A stretch of DNA of 63,525 nucleotides, filler included, from Kipferlia bialata (taxonomy: Eukaryota): the NCBI GenBank assembly GCA_003568945.1. It is 4 parts of 4 records of this genome, joined end to end, with 100 filler letters (N's around TTAATTAATTAA, not from the genome) between each part and the next. Parts side by side here need not be neighbours in the genome. Positions count along the whole stretch, not along the records: positions 1 to 24,484 come from BDIP01000226.1; positions 24,585 to 49,051 come from BDIP01000227.1; 2 more parts are not named here. The stretch is one strand, 5' to 3'. Positions within the stretch are counted from its first letter, which is position 1; each line of letters begins with the position of its first letter. A program made the translations under genes and the position numbers. Positions 15,001 through 28,280 of this stretch are shown here, piece after piece. The notes beneath the pieces were generated by a model. It was given only the letters and a program-made list of their open reading frames with translations. It had not been told where the DNA came from and did no database searches.

Positions 15001-18000
15001 AGATTGCCAATGTGTCCCCTTTGCATCTCCTACAGTGCATGCTGAGACAGGGACTGGTATCAACCAAGGAGGTACGAACACGGAGGATTTTTCACTCCCA
15101 TGGTCTTCTTCTGCACACTTTATGACACTTCGCGTATATCCTCACTTTCAGGACACCAGGATGTACCATACCAATCCTGTCAACATACTCACAGCTGTTG
15201 GAAGACTTACTGGACGGATAGCCACGTACGTAGATGGAGTATACAGATGCATTTTACGTAGTATCGTGATGTAGTGTTGCGGCTGATGTCTCATTCCAGG
15301 AGTGCCATGACCAACGAGATAGAGGAGAGGTTTCCAGAGATGCTGACTGATTTGTCGGTAGGAGTCTGAGTAGTTCCAACCATCTCCAACCCATTCAATG
15401 TCCACCCAGTATCATTTGGCATAGAGGCCACAAATATCATAACTCCCAGGATGCACTGCCCCTCTCTGACAGGGTCCTGGTGGACTATAATACAGCACCA
15501 AACAGCCCAGATAGGTAATGATATGGAGTCTGGAGACCACCACAACATATCGGTTCCAACCACAGCTGGTCTAACGTGCTGATCGGACTGTCTGGCGGGA
15601 CAGCTGCGTCACCGGCCCGGTCTTTCTACACAGGATGTGACTCTTTCAGCCCCGTACCAAACAAGGTAGCACAGTTGTAGACTTGTCGTGGGCGTTGAAC
15701 AGATACATTCGTCCTCTTAGTATTGTTGAAATGGTGCCCCCGACACCAGGAGTATCCCATGCAGGGTATATTGAGGGGCCTGGCTGGGATGTCTCCAGTT
15801 GCAGTACCGTCCCTGTTACAGGTGGGTGAGGCACCATCGAGGATGACTGAGATAGTATATATATGCTCTTTTGCGCTTCCAACATTTATGTGAGGTCACC
15901 AATCCCAGGTCTGTATGGAGGTAGAGTGCTGGCATGCTGTGAACAACACTGCAGCTCTATTAGAAGAGTCAGACGGGGACTACAACCTCTCAGACTGTCT
16001 CAAGTGCCTTCGTGTACCTGTTAGCTATCTCTGTATGTCAGGCCAGGACACCACTGATATGCAAACATTGAGGCATATGCTCTTCAGGACCCTACATTGC
16101 ACCGTAAACCTTCCGGCACTCGCTTCGGTCGGATACACCAAAGTGGTAAGTGTTCCCTGCTACGATTGTTACCACACAATAGTTGTGTGCCGTCTTATGT
16201 TTCCTTAGTGTTACTAACCCCTAGTGGTCCCGACAGCGTCAGAAGGCACGTCGGAAGTGGTCACGTCTGGATGGGGACGGTATCAGTACGGCCAAGGACG
16301 AGACTGAGTCCTGTGTCTCATCTAGGTCTAGGTATGTGACTTGTAGTTATGGTGACAACCAGGTTCCCACTCCCAATATGTTTGACACCACAGGCAGACA
16401 GCTGTGTCTCTGGCGAGGAGTGGCCGCAGTGGGGTCAGTAGCGCCAAGACTGGAACTGAGGCTGTTTTAGATGGTGCTACTGGGGTCACATTCTTTGGAG
16501 ATGCATTCGAGAAGTACCTTCCCAGGTACCACAGAGTGTTTGAGTTCTCGATCACTCTATCACGGTTTGTTAATGTCAGGCTTGTCATTGACATGAGTGT
16601 ACTGATCGATGGCCTTGGTGTTTCTGAGTCTCATGAGTCTCCTATCCAAATGGCAATCACTAGCATCATGAAGATGAGCACCTTTGAGACAAGGGTAGGG
16701 CTCATCACAGCGGGAATTCAACATTTTGAAAATGTCATTTTCCAATGTTAGATCAGCTCACCACAGTGTATAGCTCTTGTCAGGTTGGCAGTGGTGCTGT
16801 CCTGTGGGCTACCGCCCCAACTGGTTCTGCCTAGAGACTTGGAGACCACACATACAGGTAGGTCTTAGGAGCACGTGTCGCATATTGGTTAGTCAACAAT
16901 CTTCTAGTGCACCGCATAAGTCACAGCAGGTTGCACTATTCCGGCGTTGGCTGCTCCATACAAGGTATGGACAGTATTCTAATTATTGCGACTTCAACAA
17001 CAAGTGAGTATACATGGCCATCAGTCCTCTGATGAATATAGGTGTTCTCTGGGGGAGACGTGACTACTAGTATATCAACAAGGTTCACACCTTCCAAGAC
17101 CCTGTTCTCTAAGGTGCTGCTGCACATTCCTCAGCCGTTCTTGGACAGATGCCCGGCTCTCGAGGTACACTCTCTCTGACTATCTGACCCATACTGGTAC
17201 TATATCCCCAACTCATTTCAGCGTGTCGTCCATGCTCTCAATGTAGGGGCTTTCCCCCCTGTCTTCAGTTCAAGAGAGTCCGGTCAGGTGTGTTGTTCTA
17301 CGACATACGGGTAATGATGACCTGAGTGTTTTCAAATCAGTCAATGATTCAATTCGAAACTCTCAAACGAGTGTGGATGGACTAGCTTATCTCACCACAG
17401 ATTATCATGGTCCTTGGCGAGAAGTACAGTCTTCCCCAGCCAGATGCCAGTGTACTGACTATGAAGCTGGCCCAGCACCTGATTGTGGTGGTGACAGGGG
17501 ATACGCTGGAAAGAAAGTACTCAGGTGCGGTGTCCAACTGCTAAATGATACATTCGTGGTGAGGACTTACGTTAGGTATTACAAGTGGTGTCACTCCCTC
17601 ACCTGTCCAATGGCTGGCTGCCCATGTCCCATCAACCACTCAGTTCTTGGACCAGAGGTGAGTATATCATAAATTTGTAACTGTTGTATGGAGAGATACA
17701 ATATCTGCTATGTTGATAGGTGTACAATGTTTCACTCCAGATATGGTCAGAGCTCAGCCAGTGACATACCAGCTGGCCTCTTTAAGGTACGGATTATTAT
17801 TAACAGGAGGATTACACTCATTCTGTCGCCTACACTCGAGTCTATGTATGGGAGTGCCACAGACTGTAACTCCCAGGCTACTGTCTCTATGGCTATTCAG
17901 CTACACGATGTGGCTATTGAGCTCTATCCGGCAAGGACATACATGTTTGCTCAGGTCGGTTGTGTGTGTCTAATAATGATAAGACAAGTCCATACGGTCA

Positions 18001-21000
18001 TGCTACCCCTCATTCCCACCCCTCACTTTTAGTTGATGGAGTTCAGTGTAAAGGCTAGTGACTTTGTGTGGAGGCGCACCTTAGACGAGAGGGGCAAGTT
18101 ACTGGAAGTTCTCAAGGTATGTAATTATCTCTGCATTATCCACTGGATATCATTCATGTACATCAGACGTCCTAAGCATCAGTCTCTCTCTCGGTATGAG
18201 AGGCACCTTGCAACAGTCTCTGAGGGTTCAGTGATTGAGGCATCCTTGGCAGCTCGAATAGAGGAGATTCGGAAAGGTAACTATGCAGATATTGTCTGCC
18301 AATATGAAGTGTATATTGACATCAGCCATCGGACAGTTCCAGCTCCCAGACCCCAACAACCCTGAGGAGGCCAAGACCCTGGCCTTAAGGGGACCATCCA
18401 TTGCTGGCCTCCAGTTACTCACAGAGGTACCTTTGTGGACCTATATTCGCACCCTCCGCTCCGAAATTATTGATGAAATACCCCTAACCACTCAGGAGAT
18501 GTACGACCACCCAGAGATTGGAGTGTTTGGCTACGTGATATCAAGGGTGCAGGCTGTGAGTGGTCTTGACAGTCAGGACAAGTCTCACTCCCTCAACTCA
18601 TTCCTTGCGTCCCAGGCCTCCACCCCATACTACTTCATATACCCCCAGAAGGTACTTCATGTTTCCTGTTTTGCAAGATTCACAATGATTCCTATTTAGC
18701 TACTAAGAATCCCTAATTTTCCCAACCTAAGGTCCGGCGGTTCCTCTACATGTACCTGGGTCTCCTACCTAGTTGTGACACGGCAATGATGACATTCACT
18801 AGGGTATGTTTGTGTGCCCTTGTTCTAAATGCCATTCAGGATCAGAAGACACATCTTGGAGCCTACATTATGCTGACCCAAGGGCGTGTTTGTCATCTCC
18901 TGCTACCCGCACTCTGTCCTGATGGTCAACCATGAGAAGGCTGTCGACATTGTTCTGTGTCTAGAGATGTGGAGGGCAGGGCTGCTCAGCTCCCTGTCCA
19001 TCAACAGGACCAGTGAACACAACGCAGAGACTATCAAGATGGTATGTCCCAATGAGCGGTTTCCGATGCGTTTCACATGTTACTAACACTTAGGCCAAGT
19101 CCAGAGTCAGCTACCACTTGGTAGATGTATCCTCTCCCACAAGTGTGTTTGTGGTATCTCTGTCCAAGGCTCTGGGGGGCACGGGAGCGGTCATATTCCA
19201 CGGACCAGATGGTGAGTGTTCATTTGTCACCCTGTTGACACCTACTGATACTGATACTGATACATATACTGATTTCTCACTCCAAGGTGTCTGGAATGAG
19301 ACTGCTCTAGAGTATGTGCACCAGATCCTAGACCAGAGTGCCACAAAGGTCACCCGCGCAGGGCAGACCATGATATTTAAGGTTGGTGGAGCACTCATTA
19401 TATTCCATGTTTCAATCATGGTCTTAGCGGTCTGTGACACCCAGGACTCACACTGTCGTCTGAAGGCCCCTCTGCATAGTAGGAAGATATACCTATGTGG
19501 CCATAGAGACTTCATGACAGTTGAGGAGTCACCTGCCTTTGTGGTCAGGTATGTGCCATGTGGTTTGTACTGTAATTGATTGTTATACTTCCAACTGCAG
19601 GTGCTCCCCATTCAGGCCCACCGCTACACTGCACTTGATGAAGGTACTCGATGATGCCATGGAGGCCAATGGGGATGTGGGACCTCTCCGACAGGCAGCC
19701 GAGTATGAGGAGGACTCGCAACAGGTATACAAGTAACACGCTTACCACCAATGAGACATCTTACGAAAGGGTCGCATTGAGTTCTGGGCTGCTCTGGCAC
19801 GGCTGAGTGAGCTGTTCTCTTTGAAGCACAGAGGGGACACAGACTACATCAACCACGGGCTGAGACAGGAGGTGACTATACATGTGTAGTGGACAGTGTT
19901 TCTGACTATATGTTGAACTCTAACCCCAGAACAAGTTCCCTACTTACCACGGCAGATTCATGGGGTCATATGAGAAGCTCTGTATGCTGTGGACGGTGAC
20001 CGAGGTAACAATGAGTATCATAATATTTACTATAGTGTACTATATAGTATTGACTGCAGCATCTCATGGACAGGTTACCAATCGTCTCACTGCCCTCTAT
20101 AGAATGGTGCATCAGATGCTGTCCACATTCCCATCCCCACAGGTATCGATATTTGTGGTACATCAGCTGAAATGGGATTTCATTGTATAGTCGTACATGG
20201 CCTAGTCCGGAGTCTTTATCTAAAATCCAGATCCGCCAGTACCGTACCCTAGACGTTCAGCTCAAGTACCTGACCGGGGCTCTGAGCGACATCAGGAAGG
20301 AGAGAGACGTTCTAGAGATAGATACTGCAGTGGTGACAAGGGCGTTCCGCAATGCCACTGGGAGGATGCTGGCCGAGGCCTCTCAGTCTGCATACTCTGC
20401 GGCTGAGGCCATCATGGTGTGCATGGCATACCTCAACCTGGCCCTGGTTGCAGATGGTGCGTCATGGATACTGTATCATACTGCAGTTTCTTATCACAAA
20501 TTCCACTGTCGAAATTTTCAGGATACAAATCTCACTACAGAGTCTCTGAGTCCCCAGCAATTCATGATCTACAAGCACGTGTACGGACAAGACTGGGAGT
20601 CTCTGAGGGGCTGCTGCAACACAGAGCGGCTGCAGACGTTGCAGGTTGGTTGGCACAGGCATATGTTTACCTCTGTTCCAGACCAATTAGACTCACATCA
20701 GGAAGAGTACAGTGTGCTGGTGTCCAAGCTGAATGGCCACCCGAAGCTTCAGGGAGCAGTGGACAGACTGTTCCTGCTAGAGGCAGCAGGGCCTCTACTC
20801 GATGGGTTGTGTGCCTCTGTGCTAGGGAGTGAGTCCAACCTGGCAGCAGCTGCAGAGATCATCCTCACATGTGACGGGGCAATGCACGCCCTGGCAGGTG
20901 AGACTGGATATAATTTGGTATATACCAAGTGCCGCTGTTATCTCCTCTTCTATCCCTCTAACTCAGGTCTCGTTGGCAACACACCACGGCGGTCATTTGT

Positions 21001-24000
21001 GTTCGGACACACTTCAGTGTCCCACAACATATACATTGCCCCAGATCTCATCGGTATGATGTCTTCCTTTATTCTTCGGTAACAAGGAGTATTATCATAC
21101 TATCGATATCTCACACAGGGAGGACCCTCACTGATCTGAGTCTGTACCGGCTGATGCTGGTGCTCTCAGCACTCAACCCAGTTGGCTTCCTGTCAATAGC
21201 ATCAGCATCCACAAGGCATGACACTTGACTGAAATAAGTATTCAAATCCTTACTGACTAATCCTTAGAGCATCGAGTATGGGAACCCACGTTGAAGCCGT
21301 TGATAAGCATCCTCTGCATCCCCCAGTAGATGCTGTGTACTCTAAGGTATCAGCTCATATGGACATGATGAATGGGCGATTATTCTGTTGTCTTACTCAC
21401 ACTCCAGAGTATCTCCCAGAAGATTCCATTCTGGAGTGTGCTTCTGAGTCCTCATGTCAACACTCTTGTTGCCAGTGATGTCCCCTGTAGCTTCGTGGTC
21501 CTGTCATTCACCTCACAGACATACGCGGTATGTAAGTATTTGATACATGGAACTGTCTATAAGATGTAGGGCTGTCAGTCTCCAATGTCTTTGTGTGATG
21601 TCAGGAGGCTCTGGTCACTCGAGTGCTGTCTAGTATGGACATCATCCCCCTCTTCTCCCTGTATCCTGGGATGCCCCCATCTAGAGTGGCAGTCGTGCCA
21701 TTCCACTCCATAGCGGTACGGTATATACAGTGAGTGAAATAGCGGGAGCATCCTCAATATCATATACTCACCTTCAGCACCTGTCACCAGATGACCCAAC
21801 ACTGTTCCAACCGTGTAAGGTCATCCTTCTTGTGAATGAGAGCACTCCCTCGCACCAGTGGCCCCTTCTAGACTCGATTGTTAGACGCAGTCTCGGAGGG
21901 AGGTGCTTTGGGCTTCTGACACGACGGAGACCTGTGATGCTCAGTGCCAGCAGGGTGCCTCATGTTACTCTAGGTACTGTGCGAGAACGTTGATTTCATG
22001 TATATGCTGTATGTACGGTACATCGTGGCTTCTATCTCTCCTGACCCATAGCATCCCTCTCTCCGAGTCCCCACACATTATCAGCCTCTCCAGGCTGTGC
22101 CCCTTTTGTGTCCCCAGTCTTCAGCAACAACATGAGAAGGTACACACTTGACACACGTGTTTTGTCAAGTAACATTATTACTTGTGATACTGTAAGTTAC
22201 CGTGGTGATGGAGTCCTATGTAGCATCACGTATTGCAGCTGACGCTAGGTCTATATTAGGCTACATTCTGACTGTTGGTCTTCGGGAGAGTTACCCTGTG
22301 GCCGGACCGTCTGCAGGTGGACTATATGGATCATTTGTGTATGTGTATTAGTGGTAGTCCATCACTTCTTCTACAATTGTGTGTTGTCCATATCCTACCT
22401 GTCAGGTTTTGAGACAGACATCATACTGGAGCTGATTGTACGCCAGATCACCTCCTTGGCGTGTCTAGTTGCTCCGGAGGCGTCACAATTACTCGAAATG
22501 TGAGTGAGTATTGTACGCATTCAGAGATACAGAGTATCTGGGAGTTATCAAAGTACTACGAGAGTGTGTCTTTCTAATGGATATACTCACTTCTGACAAC
22601 CATTGGAGTACTCCAAAACACATCTGTATTTACCCCAGGTACTCCCGCCCCCTTCTGACCAGATCTTCCCTAGTACCATTCCCCAAGTATGTCCCCAAGG
22701 GGTCGTACAGGCTCACAAACGACTGGCACTACACGAGAGAGGCCAAGCAGGTGGGACAGGATGACGTCTGGTCCCCCATCTCAATTATGCACTTTACCCT
22801 CAGGCTTCCCTTCACAACACACTGAGTGACGTGTATGCAACTGTATGGTGGACAAGACAGGTATTCTTACACAACAGGTTACCTTGCGGAGTTCAGAAGA
22901 GATCGGTTTTTGTATGACTGAGTCAGTTATGATTGTTGCTGGCATTGTGTACGACTCATATTCTACATATATACATTGTTTAACTGACTTCCAGTTCCAC
23001 AGTCTGGACCAGAGACTGTTCTTTGGGAGACGTATTCAGCGGATGCTAAGAGGATACGGAGGTACCCTGATAAGTGAATGTACAATACCCTATTCAGGTG
23101 ATTTGTCACACAGTGTGTTACTGACTTCAGATATTGTGTGTTTCCAAGGGGCAACGTCCCTCCTCTATCCGCTGACCTGCACAATTCCTGGGGATTGCAA
23201 GGTAGTTGTTGGCTCCAAAAGGACGTGTTTGTGAACTCAATCTTGTTACTGCCTTTCGGCATATAATGCCCCCATGCTCCTTAACCCAGGAACTGTCCAT
23301 ATATGACAACCGCAACAGAGGGTCAGACCTGACCAGACAAGACTCTTTCCGGTCTCGGGCCCCATCCATGTCAAGGTATGATCGGTGATATTATCTACAT
23401 ATAGTGCTGTCCCATGTTGGTGCATCGATGTAAGAGTGCCCTCACGTAACACCCACTATAGGACCTCCATGTCCCACCGGTCCAACCATTCCTTTGCAGC
23501 GTCTCTGAATAGACCTCTTGGTAGACGCACAGTGTCCAAGCACAAGGCCCTCCCATCCATATGCAGTGGCAAGCAGAGCGTGTCTGGCAGCCAGGTATGG
23601 AGTATACGACTCTTTGTACCACTTGAAATGTGGGAAGTATGCTCAATAGTGACGACTTCCGCTGACCTCTAGTACACACACATCACTGCACGTAGCAGAC
23701 AGAGCACTACCAATAGTGCCAAGTCCTCAGCTGGGAGGGAGAAGAGGCTGCTGGCCATGCTGGAACAGACACTAGAGAGGGTGAGTCTCGTGAAATAGAA
23801 TGGCCCCTACATTATAGTGTACTCTGCTTACCCCAGGCCTCTGCCAGTGAGGACAAGGACGCCGTGCTGACTCCTTCAGAGGACACCTTTGTGAAGTCTC
23901 TCATCCCTGAAACCTGTCCTCTTGACCTGATGGCATTCTGCCAGGTATATCGTCAGAATGCTAGGCATCTGCTCTAGTTCATGTCTCTCTCATCACAGGA

Positions 24001-24484
24001 CATGGAGACCTTCCATGCCTCCACCGACCCCATGGATCTTGTCTCTGCTGCAGACTACTTCTCTCCCCTGGCCATGGCGCCAGTGTATAACAGGGCCAAG
24101 GAGCTGCACTCTCTCAGGTATGGGTATATTTCATACACACACTGCCATATCGGACTTAGTAACACTCACCCCCAGGGCCATGATGAGAGGTGCAGACATG
24201 GGGGCCAAGGTGGCACAGGACGAGGAGGGCAGGGTCGCAGCACAGGAGGTGCGTCTGGTTTTCTGGTACTTCAAGTCAAATATCATCATTGCCTTGTTCT
24301 TACCCTAGGATCTCTGTGACCTCTCTTTTGAGGCACTGGATATGATACAGACCACGGAGACAGAGGATGTTGTACAGTACGTGGTGCACATAGAAATATT
24401 TCGTGTCTCCTATCAATTGTCTCACCCGCCAGCTCCTTGGAGACCCTGCTCTCTATGCATCCCATCAGTTCGTGGCATGACCAG
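99..24484 (+). CDS. Highly divergent axonemal dynein heavy chain-like protein (DNAH1/DNHD1-like); partial at both ends, many short introns
   Basis: Exons join in frame wherever I checked (99-196, 335-398 region, 481-530, 684-1497, 1565-1805, 1873-2658 and onward). Dynein-like motifs occur in the expected order. Tail: IGEFAEHNRSIALAFATLLEDVVRNKIHW...RERLFNMLDFMV (~4245-4690). DHC_N2 linker: ELEAVRDRMQPGVELMRLVTVPSLMHRHLDIL and SIYDLLEAGALDKLDVIQEVVDLAEEEARVESNLDAISKVMESW (7883-8320; cf. LPLIQALRNPGMRDRHW...EVAGKEYAIEQALDKMEKEW). AAA2 P-loop remnant MIVNSHMASGKT (13895-13930). AAA3-like VLIDGLGVSESHESPIQM (~16600). Post-AAA5-like LEQTLERASASEDKDAVL...MAPVYNRAKELHSL (23750-24120). Not every junction was traced. 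Confidence 0.72.
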
Positions 24485-24584
24485 NNNNNNNNNNNNNNNN
24501 NNNNNNNNNNNNNNNNNNNNNNNNNNNNTTAATTAATTAANNNNNNNNNNNNNNNNNNNNNNNNNNNNNNNNNNNNNNNNNNNN
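24485..24584. other. Artificial contig-join spacer (N44-TTAATTAATTAA-N44)
   Basis: Exactly 100 nt with a six-frame stop linker; identical spacers at 49052 and 61411. Genes are cut at both sides. Confidence 0.97.
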
Positions 24585-24589
24585 TCTCT

Positions 24590-24643
<54 letters not shown>

Positions 24644-24703
24644 CTCTCCCTTCCTCTCTCTCCCCCCCCTCTCTTACCTTCCAGAGGGTTCCTTTGACAT
24701 CTG

Positions 24704-24747
<44 letters not shown>

Positions 24748-24755
24748 CCTTCCAG

Positions 24756-26411
24756 AGGGTTCCTTCGACATATCCCGGTGCCCACTGGTCAAGGGGGCCA
24801 TAGAAGTGCAGCTGATGAACGGTATGTGCATATATGTATATATATATATATGGTAAACATATTGAGAGAAGACATAGAGTATAGTAAATATAGTATGTAT
24901 GTCGGTGCCCACTGGTCAAGGGGGCCATAGAAGTGCAGCTGATGAACGGTGAGTGGATGTGAGTATATGTATGTATATGTTGTATGGTACAGTGTATAGT
25001 ATACTTAGTCCTCTAACCCCCAGGTGTGGACTACCAGCCCACCCACATCATCCATATATATCTCTCTCTCTCTCTCTCCCCTCTGTGATATATGTATATA
25101 CATATATATGCTCTTACACTCAGGTGTGGACTACCAGCCCACCCACATCATCCAGCTCTCTCTCTCTCTCCCCCCCTATGATATATGTATGTACATATAC
25201 TATGTATGCTCTTACACTCAGGTGTGGACTACCAGCCCACCCACATCATCCAGGTGGAGGCAGAGGACGAGGCAGAGAAGGTATGGATAGATGTGTATAT
25301 TGTGGTATCTATGTACTCCTCTCTATTGAGTAGGTGTCGATCTACAGTAACATATGTCACTATCAAGACGCTAAGACCCCTGCCGTTGTGAGGGTATTCA
25401 CCCTACATATACTGTACATGGAAGTATATATTTATATATACTCTCTGACCCCCAGGAGGCCGAGGCCCCTGCTGCCACTGGGGCCATGTATGAGGTATGA
25501 TGCATGTGCATATATATAGATAGACAGATAGATATCTACGGGTGTATATATCATAGTAAAGAGAGGGAGAGAGATGCTGCCACTGGGGCCATGTATGAGG
25601 TATGGATGTGTATATGTATATACATACAGAGAGAGAGAGAGAGTGTGTGTGTGTGTGTGTATTCTATGTTTAAAGAGACGGACCACCCTAACCCCTAGAT
25701 ATCCTTTATATATGTAATCCTCTATATATATATATATTTGTATACACTCACACTAGATCTCCCCTGTCAAGGCCCTGTCCGGTTCCTCCCACGAGAGTGA
25801 GGGTGAGAGAGACATCCCAGTGTACCCAGGCGCATCCAGGTATCATGCACCTCTCTCCCTCTATATATATATATATGCTTAGACTACATCCAGGAATATA
25901 TTACTCTAGTGGTATGTATATTTGTTTTGTATCATGTCAAGTGTACCCAGGCGCATCAAGGTATCAGACACAGCTCTCTCCCTCTGTCTGTACAATCATA
26001 TTTGTGTACATGTATATATATATATATACAGTAAATCATCCTATACTGGTATCCGCATAAATGTTGTGACACTCCTAACCCCAGCACCCCCTCTGTGAGC
26101 AGGGACAGGAAGAGAGAGACCGAGAGGGAGAGAGAGAGAGAGTCCAACTCCGAGGCACTCCTAGGCCTACTGGCACAGCTGGATGAGACACAGCCTGACA
26201 CGGTGGAGGAGGTATGGATATAGTCTCTACACCTCTCTCTCTCCCCCCCATGAAATACATATATATGTGGGTATAAACCCTCTATAACGCCAGGCTGAGG
26301 TTGTTGTGGCTCTCTACACCTATTTCTCTCTCTCCCTTCCTACATAGTGATTGTATACATATATGTAACCTCAGGCCGAAGTGGTTGAGGTACCTCCGAG
26401 CTGTCCAAGTG

Positions 26412-26457
<46 letters not shown>

Positions 26458-26828
26458 CCCAAGGCCGAAGTTGTTGAGGCTCTCTACACCTCTCTCTCTC
26501 TCCCTTGCTATATGTGTGTGTGTTTAACACCGGGCCGAAGTAATAGAGATCCTCTACACCTCCGAGCTGTCTAAGGGTATCTCTCTCTCTCTCTCTCTCT
26601 CTCTTATCCCTAGGCTGAGGTTGTCGAGGCCCTCTACACCTCCGAGCTGTCCAAACGTATCTCTCTCTCTCTCTCTCTCTCTCTTACCCCTAGGCCGAAG
26701 TGGTAGAGATCCTCTACACCTCCGAGCTGTCCAAGTGTGGTCTGGACCCTGAGGCAGTCACACCCAAGGACGGGTTCAGACAGTGGCTGCTGGAGGACTT
26801 TAGGTCATGTATATATAGAGAGTGTATG

Positions 26829-26865
<37 letters not shown>

Positions 26866-27130
26866 CGAGAGGTCTGGACCCAGAGGCAGTCACACCCAAG
26901 GACGGGTTCAGACAGTGGCTGCTCGAGGACTTCAGGTGTATATATGGAGTATATATGTGTATATACATATCTCCGTCTCTCAGTCTCTATATGTACCCCC
27001 CTAATCCCTAGGACCCGTGCCCAGTCCATCACATCCTCTCTCTCTCCCTATATCTCTCTCTCCCTCTTTATATATCTACATATATGAACATAATTCTTAC
27101 CCCTAGGACCCGTGCCCAGTCCATCACTTG

Positions 27131-27172
<42 letters not shown>

Positions 27173-28226
27173 CCTCTATACGTGTCTAACCCCTAGGACC
27201 CGAGCCCAGTCCATCACTTCTCTCTCTCTGTATATATATATATATGTGTGTGTGTGTGTATGTATTAGTCTCTCTAACCCCTAGGACCCGTGCCCAGTCC
27301 ATCACTGGTGAGCCCATGGCAGGGGAGGGCACACTGCTGGGGAGGGTGGGGTCCCTACTGAAGGCTAGGCATACTAGGTATGGAGAGAATACACTTGGGT
27401 ATAAATATATATGATTAATATGAGAGGGGAGGGGAGGGGGGGCCTACTGAAGGCCAGGCATACTAGGTAGGGTGTACTATTATGTATATGGTCATATAGT
27501 GGGCCTAATCCCCAGCGCCCGTTCTTAGTATGTGACATGTCTCCCTCCCTCTCTCTCTCTAGCAGTCTCTCTCCCTAATTCCACCTCACCCCCAGTGCCT
27601 GTTCTGAGATTGTCAGGCGCAGGATGAGGGCTCTGGCCATGTCTCAGGCCGCTAGCAAGGTGTGTATGTATATACAACGTCTGGATATATATGTGTGTTT
27701 AGCTACGGTCACTAACAACCCAGGCCCCCGAGAGAGAGACCCCCTCTCGTGACAGACAGGCCATGGAGCACGCAGCGGCATGGGAGAGGGGCAGGAGGTA
27801 TGGATTGAAATAATACATACACACCTAGTGTATATATGTATGTGCGTATATGTCTGTACATCTGACCCCCTAGGGCCCCTGACACTGTGAAGCGTGAGAG
27901 GACTGTGTCTCTGCCCAGACGCGCCCCCAAGACATCATCTGCATCGGCCAGCAGTGCCAGTGACTACATGGCAAGAATTAATGGTGAGTATACAATATAC
28001 ATTACATATATATGTATATATGTGGGTAAGGTGTATCTATATATGCCTGCACCCTCTGCCAGCAGTGCCAGTGACTACATGGCCAGGGTCAACGGTACGA
28101 AGCAATGGTATTGAGTATTATGTATCTGAGTTCAATTATGTAGCGTGTCTCTCAATACATCCCTCACCCCCAGCCCTGCAGGACCAGTTCAGGGCAGGGA
28201 AGCAGGGAGTGACCAACGGGAAGTAG
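24756..28226 (+). CDS. Hypothetical protein, 3' part of a multi-exon gene (gene B)
   Basis: GT-AG exons join in frame: EGSFDISRCPLVKGAIEVQLMN / GVDYQPTHIIQVEAEDEAEK / ... / AEVVEILYTSELSKCGLDPEAVTPKDGFRQWLLEDF / RTRAQSITGEPMAGE... / ALQDQFRAGKQGVTNGK* (TAG 28224-28226). No family recognised. Confidence 0.75.
26294..27310 (+). repeat. Exon-echo arrays around two exons of gene B
   Basis: Five partial copies of acceptor+GCCGAAGTGGTAGAG... precede exon 26694-26803, and one 65-nt 3'-half+donor copy follows it (26871-26935). Three CCCTAG|GACCCGTGCCCAGTCCATCAC copies precede exon 27285. Confidence 0.95.
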
Positions 28227-28231
28227 GGAGA

Positions 28232-28280
<49 letters not shown>

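Noticed and set aside
24485..24584. TTAATTAATTAA motif recurring three times
   Set aside because: Artificial six-frame-stop linker inside N spacers. Adjacency across spacers is not biological, so gene B is not treated as the dynein C-terminus.
26294..27310. Repeat-spacer arrays resembling CRISPR
   Set aside because: The repeats are exon/splice-site fragments, the spacers are microsatellites of variable length, there are no cas genes and the context is eukaryotic.
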